A stretch of DNA of 64,000 nt from Squalus acanthias. Lineage: Eukaryota. Under the pieces are notes generated by a model that saw only the letters and a list, made by a program, of their open reading frames with translations, had not been told where the DNA came from and did no database searches. The position numbers and the translations under genes are program-made. Where the stretch lies: positions 38,566,001 through 38,630,000 of the forward strand of contig CM059432.1 of assembly GCA_030390025.1 (NCBI GenBank). Reading direction: 5' to 3'. Shown one piece after another: positions 38,461 through 49,890 of the stretch; position 1 is the stretch's first letter, and the number at the start of each line of letters is the position of its first letter.

Positions 38461-39694
38461 CCACATCTGCTCACTGTACGAACAGTCCTGCCTACCCCTC
38501 TAATCGCACTGCACAAGATTCCTGGACCCAAAACCCCCTCATTTCTGAGGGTCCCTATCTGAACCATTAACCTACCTTTTCGGATGATGGTGGAATTGTG
38601 TTGTGCATTTCCTGTTTTATTTCAGATTTGCAGTTTCTTTCCTTTTTGGCATCAGCTGGGTGCCTCGAGTCACCAAGTTGCTTGTATGGAACATCTTGTC
38701 CGCAAACCCACAACTGACATGAATAAGGCACTGTCCAGGCAGCTCAAGCTGGTCCAGTTGATATATAGAAAAGCATAGGCTGAGCCCAATTTTATTTGCA
38801 GGAACTTGAGCGATTACATCATTGCTCCTCAGAGAATCAATGTTATTTTCATAGTTCAGCTCTTTGAAGGGAAGGGGCACTGCCAGCCCTGGAGTTACCT
38901 GATCCCGAGCTATTTCTTTGGTGTTGAGACATCTCGGCTGAAATGGCCAAAAAAACAATTCATTTGGAGTCTTTCAAGTCTGAATTTATCGGTTCTGAAA
39001 GAGTACATTATTCAGTGAGCAACAGTTCAATTGATTCAAGTGAATATGGATTTTTGCCAGAGGTAACAACTTCACAATAAAACATAAAAGTTGATAATGG
39101 GCACAGTGCCAATGCTATTGTAGCTGCACTCACTGAGACTGTGAATGATGCTGAAGTAATCACAAATAGTTTGTAATAGTATAACACAAGAAATCATAGA
39201 ACCTGCACAAGTAGTATAGTTTGCCCACCAAAAGATTTTCTTGATGCAGCTGGGTTAAGTGAATTACTGGCACTTCAAATTTGTCCATCTACTTGAAGGA
39301 GACTTTAATTGGTATCCCAGTAGTTATGACAATGATCCAGGTTCAGACTTAGAATTCAGCAGCCTTAGCATCAGGCATTGCCTTTCTTTTCAGCTTGAAT
39401 TGCTCCCAGAACCGAATCACAGCACAAAATGTAACCTTTTGAGGGAGATTTGCTCTTCTTATCCAGGCAGGAAACTCAATTGTGTCCTGCACATTCATGG
39501 GGATGCATCAATGCAGTCACTTTGTGTGTGAAGCAGAGAGCACAACGTGCACTCGACTTCAGAATCAGTTAGCTTCTTGCTCTGGAGAGCACTTCATTGT
39601 GTTTGATGATTTATTTTATTTTGAAGGAGATTTGAACTATCCTTCTCCAATTTAGGAAGGATCGTGTTGCAGCCAGTGCAGGTTTTGAAACCAT

Positions 39695-39900
39695 GGGGTA
39701 GATTTCCGTCTGCTGCGCCTGGGCATGAGTTATCACCTGGCCAGATTGCCGGGAGGAAAATTGGTAACACAGCCCAGCTGATTTTCCTACAATTAAGTTA
39801 AACGAAGGGAAAATTGGGCAAATCTGTTACTGGTGTCTCCCCTACCCACCCGATTTTCTGTTCTGCACTTTACTCACAGGCACCAGACGAAATCTACCCC
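39695..39900. mobile_element. Small (~206 bp) MITE
   Basis: TIR GGGGTAGATTT(C)CGTCTG / CAGACGAAATCTACCCC. Confidence 0.7.
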
Positions 39901-40868
39901 GATTACTCTACTTTTTTGGGGGCTTTAAATTCAGATTGGCTATCTCACAGATATAAACAAAAACTACCAATAACATTTTCAGGGGTACAAAGAATAAAGA
40001 GCAGTTCAGAAATAGGAGGGATCATACGGGGGAAATGCGAGGCAGATAAGATGGGTATGGAGTGCATGTGTGTAAATGCACGGAGTGTGGGAAATAAAGT
40101 TGGTGAGCTGCAGGCACAAATAATGGGACAAATGGGCACTTAATAATTCTGGCTACAAGGTATTCAGGAAAGATAGGGAAGGTAAAAAAGGAGTGGGGTG
40201 GCCGTATTGATCAAAGAAACTATTATAGCACTGGAGAGCAATGATGTAGTTGAGGGGTCAAAGACAGAGTCTATTGGGTTAGAATTAAGGAACAATAGAG
40301 GAGCTATTATGCTGCTGGGTGTATACTACAGGTCAACAAATAGTGGGAAGGAGTTAGAGGAGCAAATTTGCAGGCAAATTGCAGAAAGATGTAAGAACTT
40401 TAGAGTAGTGATAATGGGGGTCTTCAATTATCCTAATATAGACTGGGAAAATAACAGTGTAAAGGACAAAGTGAGGGAGAAATTCCTGAAATGTGTACAA
40501 GAGAACCTTCTTGATAAGTATGTTTCCAGCCCAATGAGGAAGGAAGCAGCGCTGGATTCAGTGCTGGGGAATGAAGTGGGGCAAGTGGAGGTTGTTTCAG
40601 TGGGGGAGCATTTGGGAAACAGTGATCACAATACCATTAGGTGTCGAGTAGTTATGGAAAAGGACAAAGAAAAATCAAATGTGAAAATATTCTACTGGAG
40701 GAGGGCTAGTTTCAGTGAGTTGAAATGAGATCTGGCCCAGGTGGATTGGAATCAAAGATTGGCAGGTAAAACAGTAAATGAGCAATGAGAGGTCTTCAAA
40801 GAGGAGATAGTTCGGGTACAGACTAGACACATTCACATGAGGGGGAAAGGATGGCCATTCAAAACTAG

Positions 40869-41755
40869 GGGGGAGAAATTCGGTCTTGTCCCGTTTGCGG
40901 CGCAATAATCGGCCGAGCGCAAAGTTTTGCGCCTGGCGCTAATTATCGCCTCTGACTGCAAATTTGGCCTCTATTGCCCCTGGAGGTGATTGGAGCGCTA
41001 AATCAGGTGCTACACACCTGTCTTAAGGCACTAACGCCGAGGAGCGAGGCGCTACCTCAGAGCGCTGGCGAAGCTCAGGTGATGTCAGTCAGCAATGGAA
41101 CACAGACACACTGGCACTGGCCAGTTCTTAAAGGGGAGGGATGATCTTGCTCTCCATCCACACCCTGCTCATTGCAGCCTTGAATCTCGGCTGGAGAGAC
41201 CTGTACATCAATTTTGCTGGAAAGAACAATGGAGAGGCCCAGGGAAAATGCTCAGAGTGCAGCCCCCACAGTCTCTTCTAAATCGATGCAAGGAAGGTCA
41301 AATCAAAATGAACCTGCAAAGTGCTGCTCAGTACCCAAAACCCCTTCACACAGCATTGAATCTCTCCAGAAGTCTCTCTCTCTCTCTCAGAATGCGTGGT
41401 GCAAAAATGTCACCGACAAAAAAAGGCAGGAAGCGGTTGCCTTTAAATAGCGCTCCCCAAATCCCTTCCCGACTGCAAAACGTTCCCCTCTGCCCATCGT
41501 TGCTAGTGGCATGAGGAAAGGCAGGGGGCACCACTCAATATCCGGTCCAGGGCACTACCGGGGCGTTGCACGCTTGACTGACGTCATGATCTGTGGGCGC
41601 AGGAGATCGTGGCGGTAGTGTTTAGTGCCACCGCAAAATGGTCAATTTCACGAGCGGCGCAAACATCGCCGCACCCGGGCACTAGTTGCTTTGTGCCCCA
41701 TTAGTGCCCTCTTAGGGCGCTAACGGGAGGCACTAATCAACCGAATTTTTCCCCC
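40869..41755 (+). mobile_element. MITE family A, copy 2
   Basis: TIR GGGGGAGAAATTCGGT / ACCGAATTTTTCCCCC; clean interruption of CR1 (AAAACTAG|AGCTCCC). Confidence 0.9.
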
Positions 41756-41920
41756 AGAGCTCCCTGGATGACTAAAGATATGGTTAGCGAGGGAACACAG
41801 ACACACTGGCGCCGGACACTTCTTAAAGCGGGGGGGGCCACTTGCTCCCCAGCCACACCCTGCTCATTGCAGCCTTGAATCTCAGCCTGGAGAGACCTGT
41901 AATCCATTTTGCTGCCAAGC

Positions 41921-43940
41921 ATGGAGAGGGTGAGAGAACGCGCTCATCGCTTCACCGAGCGGGCCTTGGATGCTCTGGTTGACGCAGTGGAGCGCAGACG
42001 ATGCATGCTGTTCCCAGAGAGTGGCAGGAGGCCTTTGCCACGCGAGTTCAGAAGAAAGTGGAGGGAGGTGGCTCAGAGCGTCTCCTCCAGGAGCATGGTG
42101 CCCAGGACCCATGTCCAGTGCCGCAAAAAGTTCAACGACCTCACTCGGGTCGTCAGGGTGAGTGGCTTTTTCTCAATACCTCTCCATCCCTCCATCTCAA
42201 CCTCACTCTATGGCCAGAGGGTCTTAAAACCCCAATGCACAACACTCATCCAACACCTATGGCCCTTTCATCAAACACACACACACATTCCACACTTTGC
42301 ATACAGTAAGGGCTATTCACCTATGGGAGGCACATCAGGCAAGACCATGGCTGCATATTGTAAGGGCTATTCACCTATGGGAGGCACATCAGGCAAGACC
42401 ATGGCTGTATATTGTAAGGGCTATTCACCTATGGGAGGCACATCAGGCAAGACCATGGCTGTATATTGTAAGGGCTATTCACCTATGGGAGGCACATCAG
42501 GCAAGACCATGGCTGTATATTGACTCAGATGCTGTCCTTTTTCTTGCAGGCTAAGCTGGCTCATAATCGGAGACAGCAGCAACGGACGGGTGGAGGGCGG
42601 CTTCAGCTGCAACCCCTCAGCGATCTGGAGGAGCGCGTCCACAGGATTGTGGCAAGCCGGGTGATCGGTCCCGTCGCCACTGGAGACGCCGACCCCGTTG
42701 TGGACAGCAATGGTAAGGTCATCACCTTTTTGTCCTCTGTCCTTCCACTTGTCCCTCACAATACCAGCCTTTGACACTTTCAATCCAACTTGCTAACTCG
42801 CTGCACTTATTCCTCCCTTACTGCCACCCTGTCCTCACGCTAAAGCCACTCTTGTACCTCCCTGCTTTCAGATGGTGATTCACCAGCTGAGGAGATGGTC
42901 CCTGAAGCTGCCACTGGGAGAGATGCTGCAGCTGAGGAGGAAGAGGAAGCCGGAGCATCAGTGCCACCCTCTCCCGAGGAAGCCCATGGCCACACTGGGA
43001 ACACGCCTTCCCCGGAGGGGAGCAGGGGGGAAGGGGCTGATGATGGTGAAGTTCCAGGACCCAGCGGGCTGCAGCAACGCCATGGGGGGGGGAGGGAAGA
43101 ACGGGGGAGCAGGGGGGAAGGGGCTGATGATGGTGAAGTTCCAGGACCCAGCGGGCTGCAGCAACGCCATGGGGGGGGGGGAGGGAAGAACGGGAGCCTT
43201 CTCCCCAGAGGGAGAGTATGCCAGACACTCCTAATGCAATGGACGCAGAGGAGGAGCGGCTGATTGCAGAAATGAACAGCCAGGCGGTGGTCATGCACAC
43301 TGAGCTCATGGGTGCAGTGGGAAGGGTGCCCGAATGCATTGAGGCACTGGCAAGGAGTGTGGAGCACTTCGCTGTAGCACAGGCTGATGCCACACTAAAG
43401 CTTACTGCTGCAATTCAGTCACTGGCTGCCAGGAACCCATCTGAGCCTGCTCTCATGCAGACTCAGATTGAGGCCACGCGAGCACTGACTGCTGCCATCC
43501 TCGATGGTTCGTGCACATGTCCCCGGGGCTGTCACCGCGCCGCAGCAGGCCAGCAATCTGTTCTCAGGCAAATTGCTCCGGATGCTGAAGTGCTGCCCCG
43601 TGGGAGTGCCAGTGTGTCGGGCGAGCAGGGAGTTGCTGTCCTCTCTCACGATGACAGCATTCCTGCTGCCAACACTGTCACTTCTCCACTGCACTTGCCA
43701 CCGCCTGTAGGACAGACTGCTGCCGCCCATGCAGAGTTGGTGCAGTCTGCAGCCGGGCCCTCCAGGCCCAGAACTGGTCGAGGCCGTCCTTCAGGGGCAT
43801 CTGCAGTGTCAGGGTCTGACAAGCAGCAGCCTTCCACCAGCCTTGCTGCAGCCACTGAGGTCCCATTACGGAGGAGCAGTAGGGTTAGAAGGGGGGAAGT
43901 GCGCAAGGGAAGGAGATCACCCTCGAAGGGCAAAAAGTAG
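41921..43940 (+). CDS. Harbinger Myb/SANT-like DNA-binding protein; predicted exons 41921-42157, 42550-42712, 42872-43940, with a frameshift in a G-run at ~43171-43181
   Basis: RFTERALDALVDAV...W.EVA.SVS...RTHVQCRKKFNDL then RTGGG; GT-AG introns in compatible phases (AGG|GTGAGT, TTGCAG|GCT, AATG|GTAAGG, TTTCAG|AT). Confidence 0.85.
42306..42521 (+). repeat. 54-bp minisatellite x4 in Myb intron 1
   Basis: Units start at 42306, 42360, 42414 and 42468; nearly identical. Confidence 0.95.
43017..43194 (+). repeat. 87-bp coding tandem duplication
   Basis: SRGEGADDGEVPGPSGLQQRHGGG unit present twice. Confidence 0.9.
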
Positions 43941-44234
43941 GAGGTGTGCCAAAATGCTGGTCATTTTTTTATTAAAGGCCGAGGTTCATGGCCCAACTTT
44001 TGTTTAGTGTTTTGGACATTATCTCCAGGTTGTGAGAACCAGTTATGTTATTGACTGTTTTTTTGTGTTTATTTCTATGAGTTTGTCATGAGGAATTGAC
44101 ACACACAGAGTTTGTACAATAAATAAGTTTCTGTATTCAAAATATACATGGCTGGTGGTTGGAATTATTGGTGCCTTGGCCGGCTTAGGGGTTGCGTGCT
44201 GGGTTGATTCGTGTTTGTAGCACTGGCAGGGGCC

Positions 44235-45395
44235 CTAGAAGCGGCTTGCTATTAGTCGTTGACGGACGGCCCTTGCAGTTTGACCATTGTGGGCCGCCCT
44301 CCTGCCTTGGTGCTGCTGATGATCATCGTCCTCGGCCTGTTCCTCCTCTTCCTCCTCCTCCTCTTGTGGTGCTGCAAGGCCTGGTGGCATTGGCTGCGTC
44401 CTGAGGATTGCCATGTTGTGCAACATGCAGCACACCACTACGAATTTGGAAACTTGCTCAGGCGAGTACTGCAGGGCTCCTCCGGAATGGTCCAGACAGC
44501 GGAATCGTTGTTTGAGCACGCCGATTGTGCGCTCAATAATGTTCCTCGTTGCTTGTTGGCTTTCCTGGTACCGCAGCTCAGCAGGGGTGTTTGGCGCACG
44601 GAGCGGTGTCATCAGCCAGGTGCTCAATGCATACCCCTTGTCCCCCAGAAGCCAACCAACTGGCTGATGCGGTGCCTCGAAAATTTCTGCCACAGTACTC
44701 TGGCGCAGGATGAAAGCATCGTGGCAGCTGCCCGGATAGTGGGCATTGACAGCGAGAATCACCTGTCTGTGGTCACAGACCAACTGCACATTCAAGGAAT
44801 GGAACCCCTTTCTGTTCCGGAACTCCTCTGCATTCTCTCGCGGAGCACGCAAAGCCACATGCGTGCAGTCAATGGCGCCCTGCACCATGGGGAAGCCCGC
44901 TACCCTCGCAAAGCCCATAGCACGGTCATGCTGCTTGTCTGGGGTCATAGGGAAGGAGATGAAGTCTCGTCTCCTTGTGAAGAGGGCATTGGTGACCTGC
45001 CGGATGCAGCGATGCACCGCAAACTGGGAGATATTGGCGAGGTCCCCAACAGCAGCTTGGAATGAGCCAGTGGCGTAGAAGTTCAAGGCCACTGTGACCT
45101 TCACTGCCACCGACAAAGACGTCCTGGACCTCAGCTGAGGCTGCAGATCTGGCTGCAGCAGGTGGCAGAGCTCAGTGACCACCTCCTTGCTGAATCGCAG
45201 CCTTCGCAAACACAGCTCCTCGGACATGTGGATGTAGGAGAGCTGTTCACGATATACCCTGGGAGGGTAAGCTCTCCTGTACATGCGCCTGATGGGCCTC
45301 CTCCGTCTGGCCATCATTGCCACTCTCTGTCTGCGTCTCACTCTGCTCCGATTGAGCTGGAGCAGGACGACGCCCCCAATCATTGCAGCCCCCAT
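44235..45395 (-). CDS. PIF/Harbinger DDE transposase (HARBI1-like), intact 386 aa
   Basis: VALNFYATG, GAIDCTH, RNRKGFHSLNVQ, GSCHDA, LLGDKGY, IERTIGVLKQRFRCL, CCMLHN. Confidence 0.95.
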   Translation of the reverse strand: MGAAMIGGVVLLQLNRSRVRRRQRVAMMARRRRPIRRMYRRAYPPRVYREQLSYIHMSEELCLRRLRFSKEVVTELCHLLQPDLQPQLRSRTSLSVAVKVTVALNFYATGSFQAAVGDLANISQFAVHRCIRQVTNALFTRRRDFISFPMTPDKQHDRAMGFARVAGFPMVQGAIDCTHVALRAPRENAEEFRNRKGFHSLNVQLVCDHRQVILAVNAHYPGSCHDAFILRQSTVAEIFEAPHQPVGWLLGDKGYALSTWLMTPLRAPNTPAELRYQESQQATRNIIERTIGVLKQRFRCLDHSGGALQYSPEQVSKFVVVCCMLHNMAILRTQPMPPGLAAPQEEEEEEEEQAEDDDHQQHQGRRAAHNGQTARAVRQRLIASRF

Positions 45396-45950
45396 CTTCT
45401 CTTTGCCAGAAAAGTAATGAGGTACAGCAACGAAAGTAGCAGCAAAGTTAGGATGAACTAGGCAAAACTACCTCACAAAGCGTTGAGTCAATGTAGAAGT
45501 CTCTCTCTCTCTCTCTCCGAATCTCTCTCTCTCTCTCAGAACGAGTGGTGCATAAATGTCGACCACAGAAAAAGACAGGAAGAGGCCCCCTTTAAATAGC
45601 GCCCCCCCCAGCCCCAGACCGATTGATAACGTTCCAGTCTTCCGGTCGTTGGAAGCGCCAGGCGGTAAGGCAGGGGGCGCCACTCAATTTCCGCTCCGGG
45701 GCGCCCCAAGGGCGTTGCACCACGGACTGACGTCACAATCTGCGCGCGCAGGTGGTCGCAGCGGTAAGTTTTAGCGCCGCCGCACAAGATTAAAATGAAA
45801 CAGAAAAAGGACGCTTATGATAAATGTCGGGTTCATAATGCAGTAGAGAACCAAGCTGAATATAAAAAGTACAGTGGAGAACTGAAAAAGGAAATAAGAG
45901 GAGCAAAGAGAATGTATGAGAATAGATTAGTGGGCAACATAAAACATAAA

Positions 45951-46611
45951 GGGGGAAAAATTAGGTTGATTTGTGCCTCTCGTTAGCGCTAACGGGATGC
46001 AAATCCCCTAGCGCCCGGGCGCGGCGCTGCTGATGCCTCCCGCGAAATTCAGCAGGAGGTTAGCGGCGGCAGTAGCCTTTAGTGCCCTGCCGTGCGCAGC
46101 GCCCCGGCCACAAACGTCCCTTGCGCCCGCTGACCTAGCGCCGAACGATATGTCCGACAGGGTCAGGGGTCGTTTTCTCAGTGGCGGTGGCGCTAATAAA
46201 AGGAGCAGGTGTCGGGCGGCCATTTTTTTTTGGCTGACTGCCAGCACCTGCCCCCTTCCCCTTTTTTTCCTCGGGGTGCCGGCCGCGATCACTCAGCCCG
46301 GCACTCCTCTTGAGTGCCAGGCTGTTTTCATGGCACCCCGATCCCGGTGGTCTAGCAGAGGCGCGTGGGGAGGAGGCCTGCAATGATGTGGCGCTACATG
46401 CCATCGCACATGACGCTGTTTCACATAGCGCCGCGATCTTTAGTAGTAGCGCCCCAAGAAGGAGGTGGAGCACTTCCAGTAGCGCTCCACCTCCTGCTTG
46501 GGGTGCTACTACTGAATTTCCAGTGAGGGGGCGCTAACTTTTTCGGGGCGCTAAAATTAGCACCCCAGCGACGTTAGCACCCCATAAGGGGCACCACCCA
46601 ATTTTCCCCCC
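45951..46611. mobile_element. MITE related to family A
   Basis: TIR GGGGGAAAAATTAGG / CCCAATTTTCCCCC; AAA flanks; first ~100 nt resemble 58036-58150. Confidence 0.8.
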
Positions 46612-47240
46612 AAAATCTTTTATGAACATGTAAATAGTAAAAGAGTAGTCAAAGAAAGGATGGGGTTGATTAGGGAGCTAAAAGGAGATCTTCTTGTGGA
46701 GGCAGAGGGCATGGCTGAGGTACTAAATGTATACTTTGCATCTGTATAACTAAAGAAGAAGATGCTGCCAATGTTACAGTAAAGGAGGAGGTAGTAGAGA
46801 TATTGGATACGATAAAAATAGATAAAGAGGAGGTACTTAAAAGTTTGGCAGCGCTCACAGTAGAAAAATCACCTGGTCCAGATGGGATGCATCCTAGGTT
46901 GCTGAGGGAAGTAAGGTTGGAAATTGCAGAGGCTCTGGCCACAATCTTCCAATTCCCCTTAGATATGGGGGTGGTGCCAGAGGACTGGAGGATTGCAAAT
47001 GGTGCACACTTGTTCAAAAAAGGGGAGAGGGATAAACCTGGCTACTGTAGGCCAGTCAGCTTAACGTTGGTGGTGGGGAAACTTAATCCAGGACAAAATT
47101 AATTGGCACTTAGAAAAATATGGGTTAATAAATGAAAGCCAGCATGGTAAAAGGTAAATTGTGTTTCACTAACTTGATTGAGTTCTTTGAGGAAGTAACG
47201 GAGAAGTTGATTAGGGTAGTATGGTTGATGTTGTGTATAT

Positions 47241-47825
47241 AGGGGGAGAAAGAGATGACAAAATCTAAATTATTTTATTGTACACAAAAACTCAGTAAAA
47301 TAAATTAACAATCTCATCTGTTTTGCAAAGATTGCTTCAGAAGATAAATACAAAAATCTATTTTTTCTGAATCAAAATTACATGATGCTGTGTGACAGAA
47401 AGCAATTCACATGTGCATAAATTCTGGAGGAATTGCTATCTTATAAAGTAATTAAGTTCAGTGACTCTGGTAACTATATCACACGAGCCAGCCGACCAAT
47501 CGGGGGGAAAAGGAGGGGAATATGTGAGGGTTTGGTTGTCGAATGAGGCTGGGTCGGGAGTGCAGCCGAACTCGCTGACGACGCATGCTCACCCCTCGGC
47601 GCTGGATTGACATCGATGCTAACCAATAGACCAGCACCTTACAACACCGAGCCCGTTTCAAGGCTGGCCTCACGTCCAGCTGGTGCTCATGGTGGGCGTG
47701 ACTGACAGGGGGCGCCCAGGAAGGAATCGTGTAACCAGGGACTCTTCCGGGGACATTGTTGGCTCGGGGGTACATTACCTCATCCAGGGTCTGTCCCCGG
47801 AAAACAGGGATGTATGGTCACCCTA
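47241..47825. mobile_element. Possible hAT-like element remnant (one terminus)
   Basis: Ends TATGGTCACCCTA (reverse complement TAGGGTGACCATA, a hAT-type TIR); no matching left TIR found. Confidence 0.4.
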
Positions 47826-48117
47826 GTTAAAAAGGCATACAGGAGCCTTGGCTTTATAAGTAGAGGCATACAGCACAAAAGCAAAGAAATTAAGCCAAAC
47901 ATTGGCTATGCCCCAGCTGAAGTACTGTGGCCATCACACTTTATGAAGGATGTCAATGCCTTAGAGAGGGTGCAGAGAAGATTTAATAGAATGGTACCAG
48001 CGATGAATGACTTCAGTTACATGGAGAGACTAGAGAAACTGGGGTTGTTCTCCTTAAAGCAGAGAAATGTGAGAAGTCGCACAACACCAGGTTATAGTCC
48101 AACAGCTTTATTTGAAA

Positions 48118-48154
48118 TCACAAGCTTTCGGAGCGCTGCTCCTTCGTCAGGTGA
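48118..48154 (-). ncRNA. Minimal type I hammerhead ribozyme motif
   Basis: TCAC-CTGACGA-A-GGAGC AGC GCTCC-GAAAGCTT-GTGA. Confidence 0.8.
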
Positions 48155-49550
48155 AGTGAAGAGATGCATATAGGCACAGCATATATAGTCAGAGAACACT
48201 GCCAGATGATTACAGTTAATCTTTCTAACTGCCCTTTATCACACCTCGGCAGAGAGATAATCACGGCAATCAAAGGTGTGGATGGTGTCCAAACGGGTCA
48301 GTCAGGAAAACATTACATCAAAGACAATGAGGTGGGGTCACAAGGGGTCGAATGTGGCAGATGCTGGGGTCTGTATGGAAAACAAAAAACTGTTTTTGCT
48401 GGAAATCACAGCAGGTCCGGCTGCATCTGTGTAGAGAGAACAAGCCAACGACGACTCGAGTCTGGATGACTCCACGTCAGGTGGGGTTACATGTAGCGTG
48501 ACATGAACGCAAGATCCCAGTTGAGGCCGTCCTCATGGGTGCGAAACTTGGCTATCAGTTTCTGTTCGACGATTTTTCGTTGTCGTGTGTCTCGAAGGCC
48601 GCCTTGGGGAACGCTTACCCGAAGTCACATGAGTATGTAGCATGTACCTGGTGGGTGGTGTCCTCACGTGTGATGATGGTATCTGTGTCGATGATCTGGC
48701 ATGTCTTGCAGAGGTTGCCGTGGCAGGGTTGTGTGGTGTCGTGGTCGCTGTTCTCCTGAAAGCTGGGTAATTTGCCGCGAACTGTTTGAGGTTAGGCGGC
48801 AGTTTGAAGGCGAGTAGTGGAGGCATGGGGATGGCCTTAGCGAGGTGTTCGTCGTCATCGATGACATGTTGAAGGCTGCGAAGTACATGGTGTAGTTTCT
48901 CCGCTCCGGGGAAGTACTGGACGACGTAGGGTACTCTGTTGGTTGTGTCCCGTGTTTGTCTTCTGAGGAGGTCTATGCGATTTTTCGCTGTGGCCCGTCG
49001 GAACTGTCGATCGACGAGGCAAGCGTCATATCCCGTTCTTACGAGGGCGTCTTTCTGCGTCTGTAGGTGTCCATCGCGTTCCTCCTCGTCTGAGAAGATC
49101 CTGTGTATTCGCAGGGCTTGTCCATAGGGGATGGCTTCTTTAACGTGGTTAGGGTGGAAGCTGGAGAAGTGGAGCATCGTGAGGTTGTCCATGGGCTTGC
49201 GGTAGAGTGAAGTGCTGAGGTGTCCATCTTTGATGGAGATTCGTGTGTCCAAGAATGAAACCGATTCTGAGGAGTAGTCCATGGTGAGTTTGATGGTGGG
49301 ATGGAACTTGTTGATGTTATCGTGTAGTCTTTTCAGTGATTCTTCGCCGTGGGTCCATAGGAAGAAAATGTCATCGATGTATCTGGTATATAGCGTTGGT
49401 TGGTGGTCCTATGCAGCGAAGAAGTCTTGCTCGAACTTGTGCATGAAGATGTTGGCATATTGGGGTGCGAATTTGGTCCCCATGGCTGTTCCGTGTGTTT
49501 GGGTAAAAAACTGGCTGTCGAAGGTGAAGACATTGTGGTCAAGGATGAAG

Positions 49551-49890
49551 CGGTACATGGTACATACTCATGTGACCCGGCCAACGTTGTCTACCTCATA
49601 CGTTGCAGGAAAGGATGCCCCGGAGCATGGTACATCGGCGAGACCATGCAGGCACTGCGACAACGTATGAACGGACACCGCGCAACAATCGCCAGGCAGG
49701 AGTGTTCCCTCCCAGTCGGGGAACACTTCAGCAGTAAAGGACATTCAGCCTCCGATCTTCGGGTAAGCGTTCTCCAAGGCGGCCTTCGAGACACATGACA
49801 ACGAAAAATTGTCGAGCAGAAACTGATAGCCAAGTTCCGCACCCATGAGGACGGCCTCAACCGGGATCTTGGGTTCATGTCACACTACAT
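49551..49890 (+). pseudogene. Penelope GIY-YIG endonuclease domain
   Basis: VVY...YIGET..LRQRMNGHR...VGEHF; premature TGA at 49796. Confidence 0.85.

Larger units (their letters stand above)
41782..45787. mobile_element. PIF/Harbinger transposon coding core lacking both terminal regions
   Basis: Convergent Myb/SANT and DDE transposase genes; both ends homologous to the interior of MITE A but stop before the TIRs. Confidence 0.9.
40045..47240 (+). mobile_element. Old CR1 (endonuclease, linker, start of RT) interrupted by MITE A, the Harbinger core and another MITE
   Basis: CVNARSV, GVYYR, SDHN (40198-40728), KSPGPDG.HPR (46803-47102); colinear pieces 40045-40868, 41756-41781, 45788-45950, 46612-47240. 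Confidence 0.85.

Noticed and set aside
37736..38570. His/Thr-rich ORFs
   Set aside because: Translations of a CA/CT microsatellite.
42306..42521. CRISPR-like array
   Set aside because: Head-to-tail tandem units with no unique spacers, and the context is eukaryotic.
44235..45395. Domesticated host gene HARBI1
   Set aside because: Paired with a Myb gene, homologous to local MITEs and embedded in a CR1, so a transposon origin is more likely; no symbol assigned.
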